IMG/VR virus record: IMGVR_UViG_3300037418_003885
Location: 7,249 to 71,248 of that record
Reading direction: 5' to 3' (one strand)
DNA: 64,000 bases
DNA from: a virus
Below the pieces are notes generated by a model. That model was not told where the DNA came from, did not search any database, and saw only the letters and a program-made list of their open reading frames with translations. This document shows positions 9,252 to 17,493 of the stretch, in pieces; the stretch's first letter is position 1; each line of letters starts with the position of its first letter. A program made the position numbers and the translations under genes.

Positions 9252-9270
9252 ATCGTTTAGTGCGGTTCGC

Positions 9271-9343
9271 TGGTAGATCACACGCACTATGGGTAACCAG
9301 CATCCGACTTGAGGAACCCGGCGCCGGGGGCGTGGATGGCGCT
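9271..9343 (+). repeat. Array element copy 11
   Basis: tggtagat..atgggtaac..gcgccgggggcgtggatggcgct. Confidence 0.85.
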
Positions 9344-9349
9344 TGGGGG

Positions 9350-9835
9350 TCAGCGCCGTGCGGGCGGTTCAAATGCCAGAGCCTGTTCGATCGTCCAGGG
9401 ACACTGTGCCGGAAATCGCGAGCGGGCGACACCGGTCTCCGTCGCGGCGGCTCGCACTGCATGCGGATATGCCTCCGCGTATAGCTTGTCCTGATAATTC
9501 TTCAGACTTGGTGTGCTGGTGAGGAGAGCAATAATTTGGCGTTGCTGCTCCAGAACAGTCAGCGCCCAGCTTCGGGAGGCGCGACCGGGCTGGACCTGAT
9601 ATTTCAGCAGGTGTTGTAGCAACCGTACAAAATGATTCCCCAACTCGCGACGGTCGCGAATAGTCATTTCCGTCAGATACTGGACAAGATTTTCGCGATC
9701 AACCGCGTCCAATTTTCCGGCCTTCAGAAGGGCAATCTGCTCAAGCATCCACTGATGCTCGTCGGCTTCATATGACGAACGCGAGCCGCCGCCAGCGATG
9801 TCGATAAGCGTCCGCATGTCGGTCTTGTCGTTCAT
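9350..9835 (-). CDS. DUF29-family protein with N-terminal leader (MNDKTDMRTLIDIA)
   Basis: YE.D...W..EQ..LL, LLQHLLKYQ.QP, SRSW, FP.QCPW motifs; TAAATA 5 nt upstream (9841-9846). Confidence 0.85.
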   Translation of the reverse strand: MNDKTDMRTLIDIAGGGSRSSYEADEHQWMLEQIALLKAGKLDAVDRENLVQYLTEMTIRDRRELGNHFVRLLQHLLKYQVQPGRASRSWALTVLEQQRQIIALLTSTPSLKNYQDKLYAEAYPHAVRAAATETGVARSRFPAQCPWTIEQALAFEPPARR

Positions 9836-9946
9836 AAGCTTATTTAGGCGCACCTCGCGCAATTGTCAATTAACGCCTTCATCGTGCAACCTCCGGTTAC
9901 GCCGATGAGCCAGTCCCATGGCAGAGCGCACGCACGGTATGCGATG

Positions 9947-10144
9947 TCAATAATATGCAACCAAAGGATCGACGCCTGCTTCCGCGCACCGTTCAGCAAT
10001 TTCGCGCAGGATTTCCCGCTTCCGCTCCGTGCGCCGCGAGCCGCTGTTGCGATACAAGTCGTCGTCCGCATCGGTGATCCCTAACGCGGCCCGTCTGGCG
10101 TCGATCTCCTTCGCCAACTCGTAGTGGTCAATTTCGTCGGACAT
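9947..10144 (-). CDS. Small hypothetical protein
   Basis: ORF with plausible RBS; 'RNSGSRRTERKR' motif. Confidence 0.55.
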   Translation of the reverse strand: MSDEIDHYELAKEIDARRAALGITDADDDLYRNSGSRRTERKREILREIAERCAEAGVDPLVAYY

Positions 10145-10319
10145 CTTTCTTCCCAGCGAATAGTGAGATATCGCCGCCCTCGTCGGCCACGCGCTTCGTA
10201 AGATAATTCAAATCCAGTTGGCCGCCAAGCCGCTTGAGAAGTCGCGTGAACGAGTGCAAGGCGAGTCCCATAGCGCCGTCATCCGTCGTGTGATATTCAG
10301 GCGATGAACTAAATATGTC

Positions 10320-10754
10320 ATGGATATACGCTCTGCCATGAAGCTCGTTGAAGGTCTATACGACGATGAGCCAGATTCCGACGCACCCTGGTCCTTTGGG
10401 TGGTGGATATGGCCGAACGGCTCAGTGGACGAATGTCCAGATGAGGGCACCCATGTCGATCTGGCGTGGGACGTGCTAGACCGCCAGGGCGACCCGGACG
10501 ACGCGATTCACATTATGCTGGAGAAAGGCGCCATCCGCATCGCCACGTTCCACGGCTCCAATGAAATGAACATCAACTTCGACTCCCGGCACGTGACGCC
10601 TGTCGCCCGTAAATCACTGGCGCGCCTGCTTGTGCAAACCCGCTCCTGGTTCATGCGCTACCACTTCGACGACGCTAGCTTGCATGGAACTACCGGTCAT
10701 GTTTTGCGCATCTTAAGCTACCGGGAGGCAATGGCTGTCGCGCGCGGCAGGTAA
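10320..10754 (+). CDS. Leader-bearing protein (MDIRSAMKLVE)
   Basis: TAAATA at 10310-10315, 4 nt upstream. Confidence 0.75.
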   Translation: MDIRSAMKLVEGLYDDEPDSDAPWSFGWWIWPNGSVDECPDEGTHVDLAWDVLDRQGDPDDAIHIMLEKGAIRIATFHGSNEMNINFDSRHVTPVARKSLARLLVQTRSWFMRYHFDDASLHGTTGHVLRILSYREAMAVARGR

Positions 10755-10774
10755 TCGAGGTCTCATCCGCGTCA

Positions 10775-11233
10775 CTAACGCCACCGCTCTGGGTCACGCA
10801 CACGGCCTTCCTGATCTAGGATCGAATCAAAATCGGCAACACGTGCCGGCCCGTCTTCCACGCCGCGTCGTAAGGCTGCTTCCACTCGGTGCGTGCCGTC
10901 CCACAAAACCAGTTTGCCATTGTGCCGGTAGACGAAGGGCAGGTCGGCGTCAGAATGGTCAATGTAATGTTGCACGCGCGCCGGATAAACTGAATGTTCG
11001 ATTGCCACTAGATCAGGATAGTGCACAGTCTCGACAGTAGCGCGACGTTCGGCGTACTTGATGGCGTTGAGCTTGATCCCACTCATGCGCTGATTGTCGC
11101 CGGGCAGTGGACCCCACGGGTATCGATCATGGCCCCAGAACGCGAGATGATGCGGCTCACGATCAGCTTTATCCCACCGGCTCTCCACCACTGTCATCCA
11201 CCGTCGGATATTGCTTCGAAGATTGTCTACCAT
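10775..11233 (-). CDS. Leader-bearing protein (NLRSNIRRWMTVVE) with ParB/Srx-like domain
   Basis: 'PFVYRHNGKLVLWDGTHRVEAA' DGxHR motif; TAAATA 6 nt upstream. Confidence 0.7.
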   Translation of the reverse strand: MVDNLRSNIRRWMTVVESRWDKADREPHHLAFWGHDRYPWGPLPGDNQRMSGIKLNAIKYAERRATVETVHYPDLVAIEHSVYPARVQHYIDHSDADLPFVYRHNGKLVLWDGTHRVEAALRRGVEDGPARVADFDSILDQEGRVRDPERWR

Positions 11234-11264
11234 AGCTAATATTTAGCGGCAAAATGCGCAGATC

Positions 11265-11321
11265 ATGGGTAACCCCATCCGATCAAGGGGGTGTCACCTG
11301 TCAGCGGGCGTGGATGGCGCT
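11265..11321 (+). repeat. Array element copy 12
   Basis: atgggtaac..gtcagcgggcgtggatggcgct, running directly into TAAATA (11321-11326). Confidence 0.9.
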
Positions 11322-11331
11322 AAATATGCGC

Positions 11332-11667
11332 ATGGTGCACAGTATGCGATCTCTGATCACGCTCGTAGAGGCGGTGAACCGCCAATCCGACATCGAAGCC
11401 CTGCCCGACCAGTGGCAGCAGGTGATTCTACAAAAGGTGGTCGAGTACGTGCGCTATCTCGCATCATCGAACCGCTCGTGGCATCGCGGGGCAGCAGACT
11501 ACCATCGCGATCGCAATACCAACAAGGACGCGGATGACGCGGTCGAGGCATGGTGGGAGGCGGGCGCGCCGGTCCCTGAGATCGATGGACTGGGCATTCC
11601 CAGCGACGGGGCAGCCTTCAATGCATGGGCACGATCTTATATCGGATTGGAGCCGAAAGATCAGTGA
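11332..11667 (+). CDS. Leader-bearing protein (MVHSMRSLITLVE)
   Basis: ATG 5 nt after TAAATA; flanked by two elements. Confidence 0.7.
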   Translation: MVHSMRSLITLVEAVNRQSDIEALPDQWQQVILQKVVEYVRYLASSNRSWHRGAADYHRDRNTNKDADDAVEAWWEAGAPVPEIDGLGIPSDGAAFNAWARSYIGLEPKDQ

Positions 11668-11672
11668 TTCCT

Positions 11673-11746
11673 TGGTAAATCACGCAGGCTATGGGTAACC
11701 TGCACCCGGCCTAATACGCCGGCAGCCAGCGCGCGTGGATGGCGGT
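11673..11746 (+). repeat. Array element copy 13
   Basis: tggtaaat..atgggtaac..gccagcgcgcgtggatggcggt. Confidence 0.85.
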
Positions 11747-11856
11747 GAAAGGCGCGGGCTCCTCGTCATCCACGCCCGCAAGAAGGTCTTCTTCGTGAAG
11801 AGTCCGCTTGTCGTCGGCGCACGCCTATGTCTAAATATGAGGCATTGGAGTACGGC

Positions 11857-12456
11857 ATGAAGTGGACCGATATCAAGAGCCGGCTTGACGAGAACCCGCG
11901 CTCTATTCCCCAGCCGAAGGCGACGCGCTACGACGATCCGGTCTACAACAAGCGCTTTGCGGCGGACAAGTTGGCGCGGCAGACGGAAGTGATTGAGCAA
12001 CGCCCCGATTCGCGCATCATTCGGACCGGCGACGGCCATCGCGGCTGGATTATGCTCTACAATGACGCCCAACAAACGGCAGATTATGTGGTGCAATACG
12101 CGACGAGGCGTTGGCCGTTTCTCAATTCCCGCACCATCACGCAGGTGGAAATCTGGCGCGATCCGACAAGCCCGTTCGCGGCCGGCATCACGAAGCGCAT
12201 GTTCTTTGATTACCTCCCAGCGCGCTACGGGGCGATTATGAGCGACCGCGTCCAAACCCCGCAGGGCCACGATTTTTGGCAGACGAGGCTGAGAGATGCC
12301 GTGCAGCTTGGCCTTCACGCTGGCGTTGTTGGCTTGAACGAGAAGCAGGTGCGGTGGTTTGATCCGGCCGCCGGTCAGACACTCGCACAGTGGTTGGCCG
12401 CGACATATGGACCGAAGCACCATTTTGAGGCGATACGTTATCTGATCACCACGTGA
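11857..12456 (+). CDS. Protein with leader-like start (MKWTDIKSRLDE), possible GNAT-like fold
   Basis: TAAATA at 11832 and GGAG RBS; 'GITKRMF..IMSDRVQTPQG..FW' resembles phage GNAT-like proteins. Confidence 0.6.
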   Translation: MKWTDIKSRLDENPRSIPQPKATRYDDPVYNKRFAADKLARQTEVIEQRPDSRIIRTGDGHRGWIMLYNDAQQTADYVVQYATRRWPFLNSRTITQVEIWRDPTSPFAAGITKRMFFDYLPARYGAIMSDRVQTPQGHDFWQTRLRDAVQLGLHAGVVGLNEKQVRWFDPAAGQTLAQWLAATYGPKHHFEAIRYLITT

Positions 12457-12539
12457 TGCTGCGGCGTGGCGCCTCGCGACCTACGCGCTGCCGGTGTGAC
12501 CGCTGTGGTAGACGAAAACACAGGAGATATCATAACCGT

Positions 12540-12851
12540 ATGATGAAGATTAACGAGCCTATGCTCCAGGCGGCGCACCGCCACTCGCTCGACAACCGCC
12601 AGAGTCTGGCGGGCGGGGGTGAATGCGGCTGCTTCCACTGCCTGCGCACCTTTCATGCCAGCGAGGTGACCGCCTGGGGTGGCCGAGGTGCCAGCACCGC
12701 CGTCTGCCCGTATTGTCACTATGACACCGTGCTGTCGGGCGCTGTTGATCCCATCGACGCGGGGTTTCTGAGGCAGATGCAGGCACGGTGGTTCGGTGGC
12801 AGGGGCACGCCGCTGAATCTTGCCGCAACGTCGCCTGCCAAGGCCGGCTAG
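12540..12851 (+). CDS. Small Cys-rich protein, copy 2
   Basis: Paralog of 3468-3758, including ~55 bp of upstream DNA. Confidence 0.8.
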   Translation: MMKINEPMLQAAHRHSLDNRQSLAGGGECGCFHCLRTFHASEVTAWGGRGASTAVCPYCHYDTVLSGAVDPIDAGFLRQMQARWFGGRGTPLNLAATSPAKAG

Positions 12852-12862
12852 GCGCTTGGGTC

Positions 12863-12937
12863 TGGGTAGAGCAAGCTAGTCACGGGTAACCCGCACCGAC
12901 CTTCGTGCGCCGGCTGTCAGAGGGCGTGGATGGCGCT
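12863..12937 (+). repeat. Array element copy 14
   Basis: tgggtagag..acgggtaac..gtcagagggcgtggatggcgct. Confidence 0.9.
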
Positions 12938-12938
12938 G

Positions 12939-13577
12939 TTACTTTTTGCGCAAGATGAAAAAGATATCCTTTTGCGGGTCGGCGCTGTTGAAGCTCCACA
13001 ACTCAGGATCAATATCCGAATCTCTGGGGCCATGATCGATCAAGGCGTCGAGCGCGATCACCTTATTCGCAGAAACATCGACGACGTCAGTCGCAAAATC
13101 CGGCTCACGACTGAGCGACGCCCAAAGCCGCCGCGCACCGAGATACTGATTATAATCACAGATGATCGTATATCCGTGCCTCTCTATAAAGTAGCGCAAC
13201 ATTGTCTTAGCGATACCTGAGCCAATCAGCGATTTGGCTGCGCCTGCCGCATAGGATCGATAGAGCCGAGGATATTTTAAGCGATGTCCGAGTTGTCTCT
13301 CGCCGCGAAAGTTGATGAAAAACACGATATCATAAACCTGAACCGGCGTTCCGGTCCGTTGTTGGGTCTTTGTTACCAGACGGCCGACCTTCCAGGCATT
13401 TTCTACACGGTGGCGTAGCACATCATAAACAACCGGATTGCCCGCAAACTGAATTGTGTCGATCTTCCGCCAGTCCGCGTCCGCCACCGCTTTAGAAAAT
13501 TCAGCAATGTTCGCTGGGTCATAATCCCAGTTGCCATGCTTAGCGATCGGCGCCTCAACGATTTGTTCCCAACGCAT
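12939..13577 (-). CDS. Leader-bearing protein (MRWEQIVE), GNAT-like
   Basis: 'LIGSGIAKTMLRY..IICD..QY.GARRLW' resembles the acetyl-CoA-binding GNAT motif; stop codon 1 nt from an element. Confidence 0.6.
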   Translation of the reverse strand: MRWEQIVEAPIAKHGNWDYDPANIAEFSKAVADADWRKIDTIQFAGNPVVYDVLRHRVENAWKVGRLVTKTQQRTGTPVQVYDIVFFINFRGERQLGHRLKYPRLYRSYAAGAAKSLIGSGIAKTMLRYFIERHGYTIICDYNQYLGARRLWASLSREPDFATDVVDVSANKVIALDALIDHGPRDSDIDPELWSFNSADPQKDIFFILRKK

Positions 13578-13756
13578 ACTGTGCCTCGATCCTCAACCCA
13601 TACGCCGCGCTTAAGGATTGTTTACCATCAAACTCAAGAGCGTAGCAGGTCTCTCGGCTTTGGCAAGAGATTTCCGGGCCTTGTGGCCACGGCCATAAAT
13701 AATTTTGGACAATCGCTGCCCCTCTTGCTACCGTAAGGGGCCTATCGAGAACCGTC

Positions 13757-14032
13757 ATGACCGCCATCGATTGTATAGCGCTGAGCCTGAGCGTTCCACT
13801 ACCCGAGCCGCTGCGTGCCATAGACGTTGTTAGGCTCGTTGAAGCGGACGCTGTCGATGCGCGCTCGCGGGTGATCCTTGAGGCATTCTTAACCGAGATT
13901 AGCCAGGACCGCATCGCTGAGGCGGTCTTGGAAGGCAGCCTGTCGTTTGGCCAGATCGTGCATGTCGCCGAGGCCAATGGTCTTCGAGATACGCCCACGG
14001 CTCGTTGGAGCCGCGAGATGAGCGGATCATGA
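13757..14032 (+). CDS. Putative antitoxin partner of the AbiEii-like toxin
   Basis: Small ORF whose stop overlaps (ATGA) the start of the nucleotidyltransferase. Confidence 0.55.
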   Translation: MTAIDCIALSLSVPLPEPLRAIDVVRLVEADAVDARSRVILEAFLTEISQDRIAEAVLEGSLSFGQIVHVAEANGLRDTPTARWSREMSGS

Positions 14033-14688
14033 ACTGGCCGAATGCGCAGTCGGCTCGTCTTTTTGGCCTGATACAACCTGCATTGCAGGCGCTACCGAAC
14101 GATCTATCCTGGTCTTTGGGTGGCGGAACGGCGCTGACAATGTGGCTTGATCATCGCTTGAGTCACGATATCGATTTGTTTTTTGAATCGGCCAGAGCAT
14201 TACGCTTGCTGTCCCCGAATCGGAATCCTCTGACAAAGGCGATCACACCCAAAACGCAGCAGCCGGGCAATTATTTGAAGTTTGAAGTCGCGGGGGTCGG
14301 AGAGATCGACATCCTGGTAATACGGGACTGGACGTCAACACCGACCAAGAAAGTGACCGTTGGGTTAGTGCCCATGGATGTCCAGACACCTGCTGAAATA
14401 CTCGCCCGTAAAATCGCCTACTGCGCAACGAATTTCCAGGTACGAGATTTTTTTGACCTAGCGGCGACCGCTCTGTTTGCGACGCAGGAGTTAGTCGCAT
14501 TGCGCCCTCCCCTGACCGGCAAGCGTGCGGTGTTGGCTCAACGCTGGAAGGTCCTTGAGCCGCAAATCGAGCAATCCGTTAAGGCGGTCACTCCGACGGC
14601 GCGGGGCTCTACAGTTGTGCCGCACATGCGTTACGTGATTGGGCGCCTACTGGGCATCGTCTCGAAGAACGCGCTGGGTAGCTCCTGA
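14029..14688 (+). CDS. AbiEii/AbiGii-family nucleotidyltransferase toxin
   Basis: 'LGGGTAL...HRLSHDIDLF', 'EILARK', 'RDFFDL' motifs. Confidence 0.85.
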   Translation: MNWPNAQSARLFGLIQPALQALPNDLSWSLGGGTALTMWLDHRLSHDIDLFFESARALRLLSPNRNPLTKAITPKTQQPGNYLKFEVAGVGEIDILVIRDWTSTPTKKVTVGLVPMDVQTPAEILARKIAYCATNFQVRDFFDLAATALFATQELVALRPPLTGKRAVLAQRWKVLEPQIEQSVKAVTPTARGSTVVPHMRYVIGRLLGIVSKNALGSS

Positions 14689-14743
14689 TTGCAGGCTTGG
14701 CGGCATTCGAAATCAGCCGCCAGCCCCTTCCTGGGCGCTGACC

Positions 14744-15256
14744 CTACGAGTCTTTGGCGGAGTTCCACCCAATCAGCCCGCAAATGCCCTCGACGGTGGC
14801 TGGCGCATACCCAATGAAACGTCCATTTCGAAAGACATCCTCACCATCGGCTCCAGCCCTAAGCTCATATTCTCGGCTGGTGAACACGGCCACTTTGTCT
14901 CCGCCTCCGACATAGAACTCCGACATGACCTGCTGGTAAGCGTGACGCAGGGACGCAAGATCATGAAACGCAAAGCTCGACAGTCCGCGCTCTGGACTGT
15001 AACACCACAGCTTGCTCTTGGGGTCTTGCAGTGGCTTTCGCAACAACGATGATGTCTTTGCCAATTCCACGGCTTCTTGGTGGTCCGCCGTCCATGTGCC
15101 AGCATAACAACTGAAGTTCCTCTGGAGGTCCCCATCCGGGTCAGCCGTATCTCGCAAAAAATACATTGGGGCGGCTCCCGGTCGTTCAGGCTTCTTAGCT
15201 TGCGCCTCAACCAACTGCATCCACCGTCGTAACTCATTTGTCGTATCGCTGATCAT
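14744..15256 (-). CDS. Leader-bearing protein (MISDTTNELRRWMQLVE)
   Basis: Shared leader; TAAATA 5 nt upstream (15262-15267). Confidence 0.75.
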   Translation of the reverse strand: MISDTTNELRRWMQLVEAQAKKPERPGAAPMYFLRDTADPDGDLQRNFSCYAGTWTADHQEAVELAKTSSLLRKPLQDPKSKLWCYSPERGLSSFAFHDLASLRHAYQQVMSEFYVGGGDKVAVFTSREYELRAGADGEDVFRNGRFIGYAPATVEGICGLIGWNSAKDS

Positions 15257-15267
15257 GCGCGTATTTA

Positions 15268-15332
15268 GGGGTAATACAAGCGATTACGGGTAAACGGCAG
15301 TCGTACGGGGCACAGAGGGCGTGGACGGCGCT
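15268..15332 (+). repeat. Array element copy 15 (last seen)
   Basis: ggggtaat..cgggtaaa..acagagggcgtggacggcgct. Confidence 0.8.
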
Positions 15333-15509
15333 ACCGTGACAACGGAGATAGCCGTCTCGGCGCGTGCATTGCTCATCGTCACTTCGGGAGGAAGGCACTG
15401 GCGGACATTAACAGCGCGGTGTACCACAAGGGCGTAGAAGCGGCTCTGGCGCTGATGCAGTGGATGCGCTGAGGTTGCTTTGTCGCGCCTTTGCCAGTAA
15501 TCGGCTAGC

Positions 15510-16013
15510 ATGCGCGACGACGTCGTTACCGCCGGCTATATCGCAGAGACGGCGCGGGAAACCTTCGAACCGCTCTGGGTTGGATGGAAGCGGGCTTGCG
15601 GCCATCCCGATCCAGAGCGGCCACCAGCCTCATTGGATGCCTGCATCCCCAGCAGCATTGCCCTTTGCGAGATAATGAACCGCGTTCTGTATCACGACGG
15701 CTGGCGGTTCCGCGTGACCGGCGGGCGGCCGACCAAAAAGACCCCGCAGGGCGGCTTTTGGATGAACGGGCGTGGGGGCACCCACGCCTGGGTCGCTGGC
15801 TGGGACGTCCGTCATCGCCGACGCATGGTCATCGACATCACCGCCGACCAGTACGGCGGCTCGGCGGTTTACTGCGAACCCACCTCGGCGTATCACGTCG
15901 CCAACTATAGTCACAGCACGATCAAAATGTTTTACCAGCGGGAACGGCTGAATGCTGAACTCTGGACGATGGCGCTTGTCTTTGCCTTACAAGAGCCCCC
16001 GTTCCATAGGTGA
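15510..16013 (+). CDS. Hypothetical protein, possible Cys-His-Asp (transglutaminase/papain-like) fold
   Basis: 'AC..SS', 'THAWV', 'IDITADQY' pattern. Confidence 0.5.
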   Translation: MRDDVVTAGYIAETARETFEPLWVGWKRACGHPDPERPPASLDACIPSSIALCEIMNRVLYHDGWRFRVTGGRPTKKTPQGGFWMNGRGGTHAWVAGWDVRHRRRMVIDITADQYGGSAVYCEPTSAYHVANYSHSTIKMFYQRERLNAELWTMALVFALQEPPFHR

Positions 16014-16206
16014 TCGTATCCGGGCATAGCGTTAGTCCATCGGCACTGGAAGGAGGGGGCGCTCATTTCGCGCCCCCTTTCTACCTCCTTCAGCGCCTAG
16101 CTAGATTTTCCTACGCCGCCGAGCGGCAACCGGCGTTGTCGGGCGTTAACTCGCACGACCTTCTGCAATTGTCCCTCGTTTGGACGAATGTATTTGACCT
16201 GATCTT

Positions 16207-16575
16207 CTACTGGCCATTCACCGCCGAGTATGGGTTTGGTTCGCGCGCCACCTGTCGCGGGTCGGCCTGCATGCACGTGCCTTTGTTCTTGCTGGCCGCC
16301 ACAGCACAGGTCTGGTAATCGGCGTACGCGCAAACCGCCGCACCGGATGGGGAGACAACGCAGTACTGGCCATGCGCCTGCGAGAAGCGGCGTTCGGCCG
16401 GGTTGGGCGCGCAGAGCCCGCCTTGACGGCTAGCGTCGTGCGCACACTGGTTGGCATCGTAGTAAATGCATTGTGGCGGAATGACCTGATTGGTCAGACA
16501 GAACGGAGCAGCCGCGACCGGATTGTTCGCAAGCCCCAAAACAACAGCCACCGTGAGTGGAAAATACCAGCGCAT
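16207..16575 (-). CDS. Secreted Cys-rich protein (DUF3551-like, two repeats)
   Basis: Signal peptide followed by 'APFCL..QC.Y..NQC' and 'QYCVV..C.Y..YQTC'. Confidence 0.65.
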   Translation of the reverse strand: MRWYFPLTVAVVLGLANNPVAAAPFCLTNQVIPPQCIYYDANQCAHDASRQGGLCAPNPAERRFSQAHGQYCVVSPSGAAVCAYADYQTCAVAASKNKGTCMQADPRQVAREPNPYSAVNGQ

Positions 16576-16635
16576 GGCCTTGAGCCTCTCATCGGTTCCG
16601 CGAGGCGTCAACCCACGCCCCCGTGATGCTGCCTC

Positions 16636-17103
16636 TCAGTCATCTCTCCAGGCGAAGGTGCTTGAGCCGTCGGCATGGACAGCCAGCACCTTGATGTCGT
16701 GCAGCCGAATCATCTCGGCTGTGGCCGCCGCGAATTGACGCGCCTCATCGGCAGATAGCGTAAAGAGCTTTCGGCCGTAGCTGTCCCCCAGCCGGTTAAT
16801 CAGTAGCTCCATCAAAGCCATTACGTCCCGAACCGGTTCCTTAGGACGCTGACTGGGCGCCGACGTATTTGCTGGTGCTTCTGGATCGTCGATCAAATAC
16901 TGCCACTGTGGCAGCAGCCTGACGGCGCCGTACGGCACACTTGTGATGCCTTCGATGTTGCAGTCGCGCCTCGGGCAGCCGGCGATAAATTCCTTCCGGC
17001 CATCGGTGAGGCCGACCTGAGACATAAAGGTCCCGTGCACAGGGCACATACCTCGCGACAGCCGGGAAAGCCGGTCCTCCCGACTCTGACGGCGACCGCT
17101 CAT
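16636..17103 (-). CDS. Hypothetical protein with CPxH/CxxxxC motifs
   Basis: ORF; start uncertain. Confidence 0.45.
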   Translation of the reverse strand: MSGRRQSREDRLSRLSRGMCPVHGTFMSQVGLTDGRKEFIAGCPRRDCNIEGITSVPYGAVRLLPQWQYLIDDPEAPANTSAPSQRPKEPVRDVMALMELLINRLGDSYGRKLFTLSADEARQFAAATAEMIRLHDIKVLAVHADGSSTFAWRDD

Positions 17104-17238
17104 TGTTCCAAAGCCGAAAAGTATTGTTGGGAGAGTCCATTCATGCATCGGTTCCTGTATCTTGGCGTCCGACACAATCAAGGGTAATCTACAACCAGTC
17201 AAGGGTCACTCGGGGCGCTGAAAGCCAACCTACAGCAG

Positions 17239-17493
17239 TCAGGTGTTCGAAAAAGTTACGTAGGACAGATCGTCCTCGTCGTCGGGATCAAGGCCAATCT
17301 GTTCCATCCACGCCTTGATCTTCGCGTGCAGTTCCGCCTTGGTGGTCGCGTGGATGACAGTACGGTCAATAACCGTGCTGGACTGATTTTTCGGCCCGTT
17401 GAGGCGCACTACCTCGTAGGCGGGTGGCTGCGCTCCCTTTGCCTCAACCAACGTCATCCACCGGCGGATATCGCCTTTAACATCATCCCTCAT
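17239..17493 (-). CDS. Leader-bearing small protein (MRDDVKGDIRRWMTLVE)
   Basis: Shared leader; TAAATA 6 nt upstream (17500-17505). Confidence 0.75.
   Translation of the reverse strand: MRDDVKGDIRRWMTLVEAKGAQPPAYEVVRLNGPKNQSSTVIDRTVIHATTKAELHAKIKAWMEQIGLDPDDEDDLSYVTFSNT

Larger units (their letters stand above)
2974..15332 (+). repeat. Array of ~16 same-orientation composite intergenic elements separating single genes or small gene groups
   Basis: Core YCAGCGGGCGTGGATGGCGCT preceded by two GGTA boxes 18-20 bp apart; copies are listed individually. Confidence 0.95.

Noticed and set aside
3791-11330. Plus-strand ORFs sharing 'QRAWMAL' (3791, 8595, 9119, 9309, 11254)
   Set aside because: The peptide is just the translation of the DNA element, so these are spurious ORFs or false 5' extensions.
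2974-15332. CRISPR array interpretation of the repeats
   Set aside because: The intervening segments are tens to thousands of bp long and contain whole genes, the repeats are composite and degenerate, and no cas genes are visible.
3773-15332. Repeats as ordinary intrinsic terminators
   Set aside because: There is no U-tract on either strand, the stem is missing in several copies, the loop is more conserved than the stem, and orientation is fixed regardless of flanking gene direction.
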